A DNA stretch of 64,000 nucleotides from Phormidium sp. GTDB lineage: Bacteria > Cyanobacteriota > Cyanobacteriia > Cyanobacteriales > Aerosakkonemataceae. A program made the position numbers and the translations under genes. The DNA lies in contig CP143273.1 of assembly GCA_051013385.1 (NCBI GenBank), positions 1,568,001-1,632,000 of the forward strand, in the 5' to 3' direction. Under the pieces are notes generated by a model, which searched no databases, had not been told where the DNA came from, and was given only the letters and a program-made list of their open reading frames with translations. This document shows positions 29,777-38,276 of this stretch, in pieces (position 1 is the first letter of the stretch; each line of letters opens with the position of its first letter).

Positions 29777-30886
29777 TTACTGCATTTGCAACAACACCTG
29801 TCGCAACACATCTGGGGGAACTTGATCTGTGACTGTCGCTTCCCCAATTCGCCTCGGTAAAACAAACCTAACTTTACCCGATTTCACCTTTTTATCAGTT
29901 TGCAAACAATCAATTATTTCCCCAATATCTAAACCTTCAGGCAACTTATTTGGTAAACCTGTTTTTTTAATTAACTCATTTTGTCGTTCCGTCGCTTCCT
30001 TACTCCACATCCGTAAATCTACAGCAATTTGACCTGCCGCTACCATACCAATTGCCACAGCTTCGCCATGATTTACTACTTTATAACCAGTCAAACTTTC
30101 CACAGCATGACCAATAGTATGACCGTAATTTAATAAAGCTCTTAAACCCGATTCTTTTTCATCTTTTCCAACTACGATCGCCTTAGCTTGGCAAGAATGG
30201 GTAAGGATAGTTTGCAACATTTCCTCACTCAAATAACGCAATTGGTCTAATTTTTCACATTCTTCCAACTTGGCAAACAAATCTGCATCCCAAATTACCC
30301 CATATTTAATTACTTCCGCCATGCCAGCCCGAAATTCTCTAGGCGGTAAAGTTTTCAAAACTTGCGGATCAATTAATACTAATCTCGGTTGATGAAACGC
30401 CCCAATTAAATTTTTCCCTTTAGGATGATTTACTCCGGTTTTCCCGCCAATTGCCGCATCTACCATCGCTAACAAACTGGTAGGAACTTGCACAAAGTTG
30501 ATTCCCCGTAGCCAGGTAGCAGCCGCAAAACCCGCCATATCGCCAATTACGCCGCCACCCAAAGCAACTATTGTTGAAGCACGTTCTAGGCGGTTTTCTA
30601 AGGCAGCATTGTAGATTTTGACGATCGAATTCAATGTTTTGTATTGTTCGCCAGCAGCGAGGTTAAGGGAAACTACCTCAAAGCCAGCATTAGTGAGAGA
30701 TTTAACCGCCCTTTCGCCGTAACGCTTAAAAATTGCCGGATTGGAAACTAGCAATACTTTTTCGCCCAAATTCAGCGGTTTGCTTTCCTTCCCGTTCATC
30801 CAATTGCCCAAATTGTCTAAACTTCCGGGTGCGATCGCTATTTCATAACGATTCTGCGGTAAATTAACATCAATAACGGATTGCAT
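29777..30886 (-). CDS. aroB: 3-dehydroquinate synthase
   Basis: [30 protein letters not shown]. Confidence 0.97.
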   Translation of the reverse strand: MQSVIDVNLPQNRYEIAIAPGSLDNLGNWMNGKESKPLNLGEKVLLVSNPAIFKRYGERAVKSLTNAGFEVVSLNLAAGEQYKTLNSIVKIYNAALENRLERASTIVALGGGVIGDMAGFAAATWLRGINFVQVPTSLLAMVDAAIGGKTGVNHPKGKNLIGAFHQPRLVLIDPQVLKTLPPREFRAGMAEVIKYGVIWDADLFAKLEECEKLDQLRYLSEEMLQTILTHSCQAKAIVVGKDEKESGLRALLNYGHTIGHAVESLTGYKVVNHGEAVAIGMVAAGQIAVDLRMWSKEATERQNELIKKTGLPNKLPEGLDIGEIIDCLQTDKKVKSGKVRFVLPRRIGEATVTDQVPPDVLRQVLLQMQ

Positions 30887-30920
30887 TATCTAAATCCTGA
30901 CCCAAATACGAGGAACAAAA

Positions 30921-31013
30921 ATGGCTGTAGTATCTTACGCGGTGATTTTGCTTGGCGCTTATGGAGTAGCCCTTGGCTTGTTTTTTGCTCTCAGAGCTAC
31001 CAAGCTAATCTAA
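30921..31013 (+). CDS. petL: Cytochrome b6f subunit PetL (30 aa; not in ORF track)
   Basis: MAVVSYAVILLGAYGVALGLFFALRATKLI, single TM ending LRxxKLI; GAGGA RBS; divergent from aroB. Confidence 0.85.
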   Translation: MAVVSYAVILLGAYGVALGLFFALRATKLI

Positions 31014-31024
31014 AATTGAGAAAT

Positions 31025-31398
31025 GGGTACGTTGTTGTGCTTTAGCACTCTTGGGTACGTTGTTGTGCTTTAGCACTCTTGGGTACGTTGTTGTGCTTTA
31101 GCACTCTTGGGTACGTTGTTGTGCTTTAGCACTCTTGGGTACGTTGTTGTGCTTTAGCACTCTTGGGTACGTTGTTGTGCTTTAGCACTCTTGGGTACGT
31201 TGTTGTGCTTTAGCACTCTTGGGTACGTTGTTGTGCTTTAGCACTCTTGGGTACGTTGTTGTGCTTTAGCACTCTTGGGTACGTTGTTGTGCTTTAGCAC
31301 TCTTGGGTACGTTGTTGTGCTTTAGCACTCTTGGGTACGTTGTTGTGCTTTAGCACTCTACCATTCTCGATCGGAGGACTAAAGTCCAACAACGTACC
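31025..31398. repeat. 12 x 28-bp tandem array of a REP unit plus one inverted closing unit
   Basis: GGGTACGTTGTTGTGCTTTAGCACTCTT x12 (31025-31360); inverted arm GAGGACTAAAGTCCAACAACGTACC. Confidence 0.95.
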
Positions 31399-31435
31399 TA
31401 ATCTTAATCTCAATTAACACCATTAGCAACTTGGG

Positions 31436-33016
31436 TTAACTAGCTAACGCAGTTTTTCTGGCAGTTGCAGATGATAACTTTCTCTCTTCTGCCAGAAATT
31501 CTTTTACCTGTTTTTCTATTTCGTCACGCACAATTTGACGATATTCTAAAAAATGCTCGTTGTGAGCACAAACTGTTAAGTAATGTTCCCAAACTCCGGG
31601 ATTCCGTTTGATAATACTAAACAGGTGATGCCAGAATTTCCAGCGAGTTTTCCGTTTTATACCTTGTCGCCAAACTACAATTAACAGCGCCCGTAAATCT
31701 AACCAACTGGGCATTTTAAATTTAGCTTTTACTTTCGGCGCACCTAACATTAAAAAACAGCGATAATTCCGATCTAAAAACCGTTCCGCTTCGTACAAAT
31801 CCCAAAAAGCTTCTACATATTCCCTAGCAATATCTTCTAAGGGGCGAGTCGGAATAAAATTCATCAAAGTTGTTTGATTGATATTGCAATTTTGGTTGCG
31901 TAAACGTCCCTCTTTTTCTAATCTTTGCCACAAGGCTGTATTCGGTAAAGCTTGCAGCATTCCAAACATTACTGTAGGAATTCCGGTTTGTTCAGCAAAC
32001 TGGACAATTCGCTTACCTGCACCAGTTTTTTCCCCATCAAAACCAATAATAAATCCTGCCATCGGGCGCAGTCCGGCTTGGATAATTTTCTGCACCGATT
32101 CAGTTAAGGAATTGCGCGTATTTTGGAATTTTTTTGTTAAACTGAGGCTGGCTTCGTCTGGTGTTTCAATACCCAAAAATACCGCATCAAAATAGCATTG
32201 TACCATCAATTCCATTAATTCTGCATCTTGCGCTAAATCGACGGAAGCTTCAGTATTAAATCGGAAAGGATAACCATGTTCGGCTTGCCAAACTTGCAAT
32301 TCTTTAAGTAACAATTTGACATTGCGTTTATTGCCAATGAAATTATCATCAACCATAAACACGCCTCGTCGCCAACCTAATTCGTAAAGGTAATCTAATT
32401 CAGCTAACAATTGTTGTGGCGTTTTGGTTCTAGGTTTGCGACCATATAATACAATTATATCGCAAAATTCGCATTGAAAAGGACAACCTCGTGAGAATTG
32501 AATTGACATGGAATCATAAGCATCTAGTTCCAATAAATCAAAGCGAGGAATTGGTGTAAAAGTAACATCTGGTTTTTCCCCATTGGCGTGAAAGGTTCCA
32601 TTTTCTGCGCCGTTTTTAATTGCTTCCACGAACATTGGTAGGGTGATTTCCCCTTCATCTAATATTAAATAATCGGCCCCTGCTCCTAGGGCTTCTTCTG
32701 GTAAAGTTGTGGGATAAGGGCCACCAACGGCTACTTTTTTACCTCGTTGTTTTGCGGCTTGAATTTGGGCAATAAAGTCTTGTTTTTGGACTATCATTGC
32801 TGATATAATTACTAAATCTGCACATTCCCATTCAGCTTCAGTGACAGTCCTAATATTGCGATCGACTAACTTAAATTCCCACTCCTGCGGTAAAATAGCC
32901 GCTACTGTTACTAATCCTAATGGTGGTAATAGGACTTGGCGATCGACCAATTCTAAAATCTTCTCATAAGACCAAAATGTTTTCGGAAACAGGGGATAAA
33001 TTAACAAAACCTTCAT
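31436..33016 (-). CDS. B12-binding radical SAM protein (DUF4070 type)
   Basis: RGCPFQCEFC motif, N-terminal cobalamin-binding domain. Confidence 0.93.
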   Translation of the reverse strand: MKVLLIYPLFPKTFWSYEKILELVDRQVLLPPLGLVTVAAILPQEWEFKLVDRNIRTVTEAEWECADLVIISAMIVQKQDFIAQIQAAKQRGKKVAVGGPYPTTLPEEALGAGADYLILDEGEITLPMFVEAIKNGAENGTFHANGEKPDVTFTPIPRFDLLELDAYDSMSIQFSRGCPFQCEFCDIIVLYGRKPRTKTPQQLLAELDYLYELGWRRGVFMVDDNFIGNKRNVKLLLKELQVWQAEHGYPFRFNTEASVDLAQDAELMELMVQCYFDAVFLGIETPDEASLSLTKKFQNTRNSLTESVQKIIQAGLRPMAGFIIGFDGEKTGAGKRIVQFAEQTGIPTVMFGMLQALPNTALWQRLEKEGRLRNQNCNINQTTLMNFIPTRPLEDIAREYVEAFWDLYEAERFLDRNYRCFLMLGAPKVKAKFKMPSWLDLRALLIVVWRQGIKRKTRWKFWHHLFSIIKRNPGVWEHYLTVCAHNEHFLEYRQIVRDEIEKQVKEFLAEERKLSSATARKTALAS

Positions 33017-33031
33017 AAATATTCCTCCTCA

Positions 33032-33096
33032 AGTACGTTGTTGCGCTTTAGCGCTCTTATTACTGAGATAAGAGCGCTAAAGCGCAACAACGTACT
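33032..33096. repeat. REPIN-like inverted repeat, GTACGTTGTTGCGCTTTAGCGC family
   Basis: Perfect ~29-bp inverted arms. Confidence 0.9.
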
Positions 33097-33155
33097 AATC
33101 TTAATCTCAATTATTATAACTAGCAACTTGCGTTAGTAGTTACTACACAATAGCT

Positions 33156-35345
33156 TTATTGCTCTTTATCCTCAAACGCTTGTCTGTAATCTTTAAGTCG
33201 GTTTTCCACAGTTTTGGATGAGTTATCGTTCACTGAGTTAGGTGCAATTTTACGGGGCTCACCAATGCCTCTGGTTTTTAGCACATCTTTAATTGTGGAA
33301 CAATAAACTGGTAAACCAAAGGTAGCTGGGTTAATCGCATTTGTGTAGGTAAAATGGCGATATTCCAAACAAAATCTATCCCAAGCTGCCATTTGAATGC
33401 GAAACAACCAAATCAAAATATCAGCCAACCAAGGAGATAGATTTAGCCGGAAGAAAATGGGTTTTCGCAGATATTCACAAGCTTCTTCCACAGCTTGATT
33501 GACAGTTGTTGGTTGATTTCCTAACACAAACCAGTTTTTTTGTTCTCGACTTGGGGGATTTTTCACCAAGTATAAAACTACTTGGGCAATATCTTGAGCA
33601 TGAATGAAGTGGAAACTGCCGTCAGCTTTGAAAAATCTGATGTAATTAATCCATTTTTTCAACCCTGGTAAACCAGAAGAAATATGCGAATAAGGATGTT
33701 GAGCATCTCCTCCTAAAACTAGGGTAGGAAATAGGGTGGTAACGCGATCGGCAATTGGTAATTTTAATATTCTCGTTAATCCTTCGTACTTGGAACGGAT
33801 ATACTCAGTTCCTAATTCTCTAGCTTCTTTAAGTAAGTGATTGTGTCTATCCAAAAGGCTAGCTGTGGAGAAATAAATTACCTGTTGACAAACTTTTGGA
33901 TCGAGATAGTTCAGCAATTGTAGGGTTTTAAAAACATTAACATCTAACGCTTCTTGCTGACCACCCCAAGCGGCTGCGGTTAAAATTGCACAATCCATTG
34001 TTTTTATCAATTTTGCCAAGCGAGAAATATATTTCATATCCCCTTGGATAATATTGATTCCAGGACGGTAATTGCAGTCAATTGTTAATTTTTTGGGATC
34101 TCTAACTAATAGAAACAATTCGTGTTCTGTTTCTTGAATTAGTGTTTCGGCAATATATTGACCAATGCAGCCGCTAGCACCAGTAATTAAAATTCGTAAG
34201 CAATCTTTATTTGGTTTAGTTGGTGCAGTTTCAGAGGTGAGAGGCAAAGGCGATCCAACAGAAGAGTTAATTGCCTCAGCAACTTTAGCTGTTTGGGCAA
34301 GTTTTAATTCCGGTTTTTCCTGAATTTCTCTTATTTCAAATTCCGCAGGCTGAATTTCCGGGGAACTTGACTCTCCTGTTTCCTGAATTTCCCCGGTTTC
34401 GGAAGTTTCAGAATCAGTCAAATCTGGGGCTGATTGAATTTCGAGCGCCTCCGATTCACCAACCGGAATTTCCGGGGAACTTGACTCTCCTGTTTCCTGA
34501 ATTTCCCCGGTTTCGGAAGTTTCAGAATCAGTCAAATCTGGGGCTGATTGAATTTCGAGCGCCTCCGATTCACCAACCGGAATTTCCGGGGAACTTGACT
34601 CTCCTGTTTCCTGAATTTCCCCGGTTTCGGAAGTTTCAGAATCAGTCAAATCTGGGGCTGATTGAATTTCGAGCGCCTCCGATTCAACCAGCGCAATTTC
34701 CGGGGAACTTGACTCTCCGGTTTCTTGAATTTCCCCGGTTTCGGAAGTTGCAGAATCAGTCAAATCTGGGGCTTGTTGAATTTCGAGCGCCTCCGATTCA
34801 CCAACCGGAATTTCCGGGGAATTTGACTCTCCTGTTTCCTGAATTTCCCCGGTTTCGGAAGTTTCAGAATCAGTCAAATCTGGGGCTGATTGAATTTCGA
34901 GCGCCTCCGATTCAACCAGCGCAATTTCCGGGGAACTTGACTCTCCGGTTTCTTGAATTTCCCCGGTTTCGGAAGTTTCAGAATCAGTCAAATCTGGGGC
35001 TTGTTGAATTTCGAGCGCCTCCGATTCAACCAGCGCAATTTCCGGGGAACTTGACTCTCCGGTTTCTTGAATTTCCCCGGTTTCGGAAGTTGCAGAAAAT
35101 GTCAACTCTGGGGCTTGTTGAATTTCGAGCGCCTCCGATTCAACTACCTGGATGTCGGGAGAACTTGACTCTCCTGTTTCCTGAATTTCCTCAGTTACTA
35201 AACTCTCTAAACTAGCATCTGAAGTTATTGCCTCAGATGCTTTCGAGTCATCAGATTCGGTTACAGAAATTTCAGGAGAATTCAACTCTAGGTTTTCCTG
35301 TTTGTCTGGGTTGTTTGTCTCTTCTGCTAGAGAATCACCTATCAC
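33156..35345 (-). CDS. NAD(P)-dependent epimerase/dehydratase with long acidic repetitive N-terminal extension
   Basis: ILITGASGCIG and YIRSK in the C-terminal half; 38-aa repeats in the N-terminal half. Confidence 0.85.
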   Translation of the reverse strand: MIGDSLAEETNNPDKQENLELNSPEISVTESDDSKASEAITSDASLESLVTEEIQETGESSSPDIQVVESEALEIQQAPELTFSATSETGEIQETGESSSPEIALVESEALEIQQAPDLTDSETSETGEIQETGESSSPEIALVESEALEIQSAPDLTDSETSETGEIQETGESNSPEIPVGESEALEIQQAPDLTDSATSETGEIQETGESSSPEIALVESEALEIQSAPDLTDSETSETGEIQETGESSSPEIPVGESEALEIQSAPDLTDSETSETGEIQETGESSSPEIPVGESEALEIQSAPDLTDSETSETGEIQETGESSSPEIQPAEFEIREIQEKPELKLAQTAKVAEAINSSVGSPLPLTSETAPTKPNKDCLRILITGASGCIGQYIAETLIQETEHELFLLVRDPKKLTIDCNYRPGINIIQGDMKYISRLAKLIKTMDCAILTAAAWGGQQEALDVNVFKTLQLLNYLDPKVCQQVIYFSTASLLDRHNHLLKEARELGTEYIRSKYEGLTRILKLPIADRVTTLFPTLVLGGDAQHPYSHISSGLPGLKKWINYIRFFKADGSFHFIHAQDIAQVVLYLVKNPPSREQKNWFVLGNQPTTVNQAVEEACEYLRKPIFFRLNLSPWLADILIWLFRIQMAAWDRFCLEYRHFTYTNAINPATFGLPVYCSTIKDVLKTRGIGEPRKIAPNSVNDNSSKTVENRLKDYRQAFEDKEQ
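34351..35190 (-). repeat. Intragenic 114-bp tandem repeat, about 7.5 copies
   Basis: Unit ETGEIQETGESSSPEI(ALV/PVG)ESEALEIQ(Q/S)APDLTDS(E/A)TS. Confidence 0.95.
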
Positions 35346-35400
35346 CTATCACCTCTGAAATTCTATCTTCTATTCAATGCCCCAATTTTAATGCAGAACT

Positions 35401-36465
35401 TCAGGCATGAATGGTGAGCAATTTATCAGCTTGCTTGGCAGTTTCAAAGAAGAAAGCGACATTTTCTTCGGGAGTAGTTGGTAAAACGCCGTGACCCAAA
35501 TTAAGGATATGACCTTTTTTACCAGCTTTGCGAATTGTATCTAAAACGCGATCGCGGATAAAGTCCTGAGAACCATACAAAACGCAAGGGTCAATATTCC
35601 CCTGCACTCCCATGTTTTCGCCCAATCTTACTCTTGCTTCTGCCATATCCACCGTCCAGTCTACACTGACGATATCTACACCAGATTTGCTCATGCGATC
35701 GAGAATTCCCGCACTGCCATTAATATAAAGAATCATTGGCGTATCTGGGTGTGTCGCCTTAACTTGTTCTACCACACGCCGTTGATAAGGCATGGCAAAA
35801 GTTTCATAATCTTGGGGACTTAATTGCCCAGCCCAAGAATCAAACATTTGCACGACTTGGGCTCCGCTGTCAATCTGATATCTTACATAAATGGCGATCG
35901 CATCTGCCAATTTACCCAAGAACTCATGTAACAAGCTTGGCTCAGTAAAAGCCATACTCTTAATAATTGTGTAATCCTTGGAAGACTTGCCCTCAATAGC
36001 ATAAGCCGCCAAAGTCCAAGGCGCACCCACAAAACCCAAAACCGTCGCCTTGTCGCCCACTTCGCCCCGTAAAATATGTAAAATTTCCCGAATAAACGGC
36101 AAAGAAACTTCTGGTTCTAAGGGTTTGAGGTTTTTCACCTGTTCTAAGCTGCGAACCGGAGGATCGATTACAGGCCCTCGGCTTTCTATGATATCGAAAG
36201 GTATACCAATTCCGGGCAGTGGAGTTAAAATATCCGAAAATAAAATTACTCCATCGGGTTGGAAAGCACGGAAAGGTTGCAGGGAAATTTCCACTGCTAA
36301 ATCTACATTTTCTGAGCGATCGCGAAACGAGGGATACTTATCTCGTAACTCGCGATAAGCTTTCATATAGCGTCCTGCTTGTCGCATCATCCACACAGGC
36401 GGACGTTCCAACACTTCGCCCCGCGCCGCCCGCAACAGATAAGGAACCTGGGTTGACCCAGCCAT
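35401..36465 (-). CDS. hemE: Uroporphyrinogen decarboxylase
   Basis: [21 protein letters not shown]. Confidence 0.98.
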   Translation of the reverse strand: MAGSTQVPYLLRAARGEVLERPPVWMMRQAGRYMKAYRELRDKYPSFRDRSENVDLAVEISLQPFRAFQPDGVILFSDILTPLPGIGIPFDIIESRGPVIDPPVRSLEQVKNLKPLEPEVSLPFIREILHILRGEVGDKATVLGFVGAPWTLAAYAIEGKSSKDYTIIKSMAFTEPSLLHEFLGKLADAIAIYVRYQIDSGAQVVQMFDSWAGQLSPQDYETFAMPYQRRVVEQVKATHPDTPMILYINGSAGILDRMSKSGVDIVSVDWTVDMAEARVRLGENMGVQGNIDPCVLYGSQDFIRDRVLDTIRKAGKKGHILNLGHGVLPTTPEENVAFFFETAKQADKLLTIHA

Positions 36466-36682
36466 CTAAATTCGTCCTATATTAGTTTTTTAAGTGCATT
36501 TGTTAGCTTATCATTCATCAACACATTTATTCGCATTTCTTTTTGTTTCTTCTAGATTTACAAACCTTTCCCTCACACCTCATCTATTAAAATTAAAATA
36601 TGCAAATTCAATATATATCAGATAAAGCTTTTCAATGTTAAAATTTCAGCCAATAAAAGTTTACAAACTAAAAGGAGTTTAT

Positions 36683-37165
36683 ATGTATAAGAAAATTTTG
36701 GTAGCAATGGACAGTTCAGAAATTAGCCAAAAAGTATTTAATTCAGCACTGTCTCTAGGAAAACAGAATAACGCTACCTTAATGCTGCTGCACGTCCTCA
36801 CAGACGAAGAAATTGGTCTGGCAGAAATTGCCTCACAACAAATTTCTGCCTTAGAATATCACGCTGCAATGGTGGAGCAAGTAGAAACTTACCTGAAAGA
36901 AAAAGAGCTTTCTCGCAAAAAATACTTAACTTTATTAGAATCCTGGGCTAAAGAAGCCGCTGATGCCGGAGTTCGGGCTGAATATACTCTTAATTATGGT
37001 GGCCCCGGTCGGGTAATTTGCGACTTAGCTAAAAATTGGGATGCGGATTTAATTATTATGGGTCGTCGCGGTCTTTCCGGCTTGGGCGAATTACTCATGG
37101 GCAGCATCAGCAATTACGTAGTTCACCATTCTCCCTGTTCTGTCCTCATTGTCCAACAGAAGTAG
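36683..37165 (+). CDS. Universal stress protein
   Basis: MYKKILVAMD, MGRRG...MGSISNYVVHHSPCSVL; AAGGAG RBS. Confidence 0.93.
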   Translation: MYKKILVAMDSSEISQKVFNSALSLGKQNNATLMLLHVLTDEEIGLAEIASQQISALEYHAAMVEQVETYLKEKELSRKKYLTLLESWAKEAADAGVRAEYTLNYGGPGRVICDLAKNWDADLIIMGRRGLSGLGELLMGSISNYVVHHSPCSVLIVQQK

Positions 37166-37172
37166 GCAGAGA

Positions 37173-37224
37173 GTACGTAGTTGCGCTTTAGCGCTATCGG
37201 TGGCGCTAAAGCGCAACTACGTAC
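37173..37224. repeat. REP doublet, GTACGTAGTTGCGCTTTAGCGC variant
   Basis: Inverted 22-bp arms between convergent genes. Confidence 0.9.
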
Positions 37225-37227
37225 CTT

Positions 37228-38211
37228 TTACTCAAAACTCAAAACTCCTGCATCTGCGTCTAGTTGAGCTAAAATTCCTACAGGTAAGGTAGCATTGGGG
37301 CCGTCGTGACCGAAGGGTAGATCGGAAACAATGGGGATGCCAAGGTTACAGAGACGATCGCGCAATACTTCTTCGATCGCTAAACTGGGAATATTGGGTG
37401 GCGCTTCACAACGGCTGAATCTGCCTAAAGCAATGCCTTTGACTTTGGAGAAAATTCCACTCATCCGCCATTGCGTTAATTGTCGGTCAATGCGGTAGGG
37501 AAATTCGGTGACATCTTCCAAAGCTAAAATTACCCCGTCGAATTCTGGTTGCAGCGGTGTACCTAACAAATGAGTCGCTACGGTTAAATTAGCTGGAAGT
37601 AAAACCCCGCTAACTTTACCTCCCCCCCAACCTACACCAGGCAAGGGTTTGAGGCAACGTCCTTCTACCCAATCAAACAACCTTTCAATTGACCATTCTG
37701 GCTCAGAAGCGATCGTAGTTAACATCGGCCCATGTACGCCAGAAATCCCCACTTTTCCCAAACTCCAAAGTAGCGCCGTCACATCAGAAAAACCGATTAA
37801 CCATTTGACTGGGGATGACAGGCAAGATGCCTGTCCTACGGGACTGGGGATGACAGGCAAGATGCCTGTCCTACGGGACTGGGAGGTGGAGGGAATATTT
37901 TCCCCATCTCCCCAACTCCAATCCTCCAACAACCGAGTGCTGCCAAAACCGCCTCTAGCGCAGAGAATCCCCTTGACATCTGGGTTAAACCATGCTTCTT
38001 TTAATTGATAGCGGCGATGTTGGTCTTGACCAGCTAAGTATCCCCAACGTTCGGTGATGCCGTCGCAGATTTGGACTTGGTAGCCGTGCTTTCGCCAAAT
38101 TTCCACACCGTTTTCAAACGCTGACATTTCCCGCAATGCACCACTAGGCGCGATTACTTGGAGTAAATCTCCGGGTTGCAAAGGGGCGGGAATTTGGCAC
38201 AATTTGATCAT
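37228..38211 (-). CDS. LD-carboxypeptidase (S66) with in-frame REP insertion
   Basis: RGGFG, GFSD, LEDV, FGH motifs; 2 x 35-bp insert at 37807-37884. Confidence 0.92.
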   Translation of the reverse strand: MIKLCQIPAPLQPGDLLQVIAPSGALREMSAFENGVEIWRKHGYQVQICDGITERWGYLAGQDQHRRYQLKEAWFNPDVKGILCARGGFGSTRLLEDWSWGDGENIPSTSQSRRTGILPVIPSPVGQASCLSSPVKWLIGFSDVTALLWSLGKVGISGVHGPMLTTIASEPEWSIERLFDWVEGRCLKPLPGVGWGGGKVSGVLLPANLTVATHLLGTPLQPEFDGVILALEDVTEFPYRIDRQLTQWRMSGIFSKVKGIALGRFSRCEAPPNIPSLAIEEVLRDRLCNLGIPIVSDLPFGHDGPNATLPVGILAQLDADAGVLSFE

Positions 38212-38276
38212 TGGAATAGATAAACCTTAATATTTTTCAGGGATTAATTGTTAATTGTATTTTCCATTAAGCAGTA

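Noticed and set aside
29502..29860. Short ORFs between the protease and aroB
   Set aside because: They are translations of REP and MITE sequence.
31025..31360. 28-bp array as a CRISPR array
   Set aside because: Units are contiguous with no unique spacers, and the unit belongs to a dispersed REP family.
34367..35215. 282-aa plus-strand repetitive ORF
   Set aside because: Antisense shadow of the 114-bp coding repeat; it is open only because one stop-free unit is repeated.
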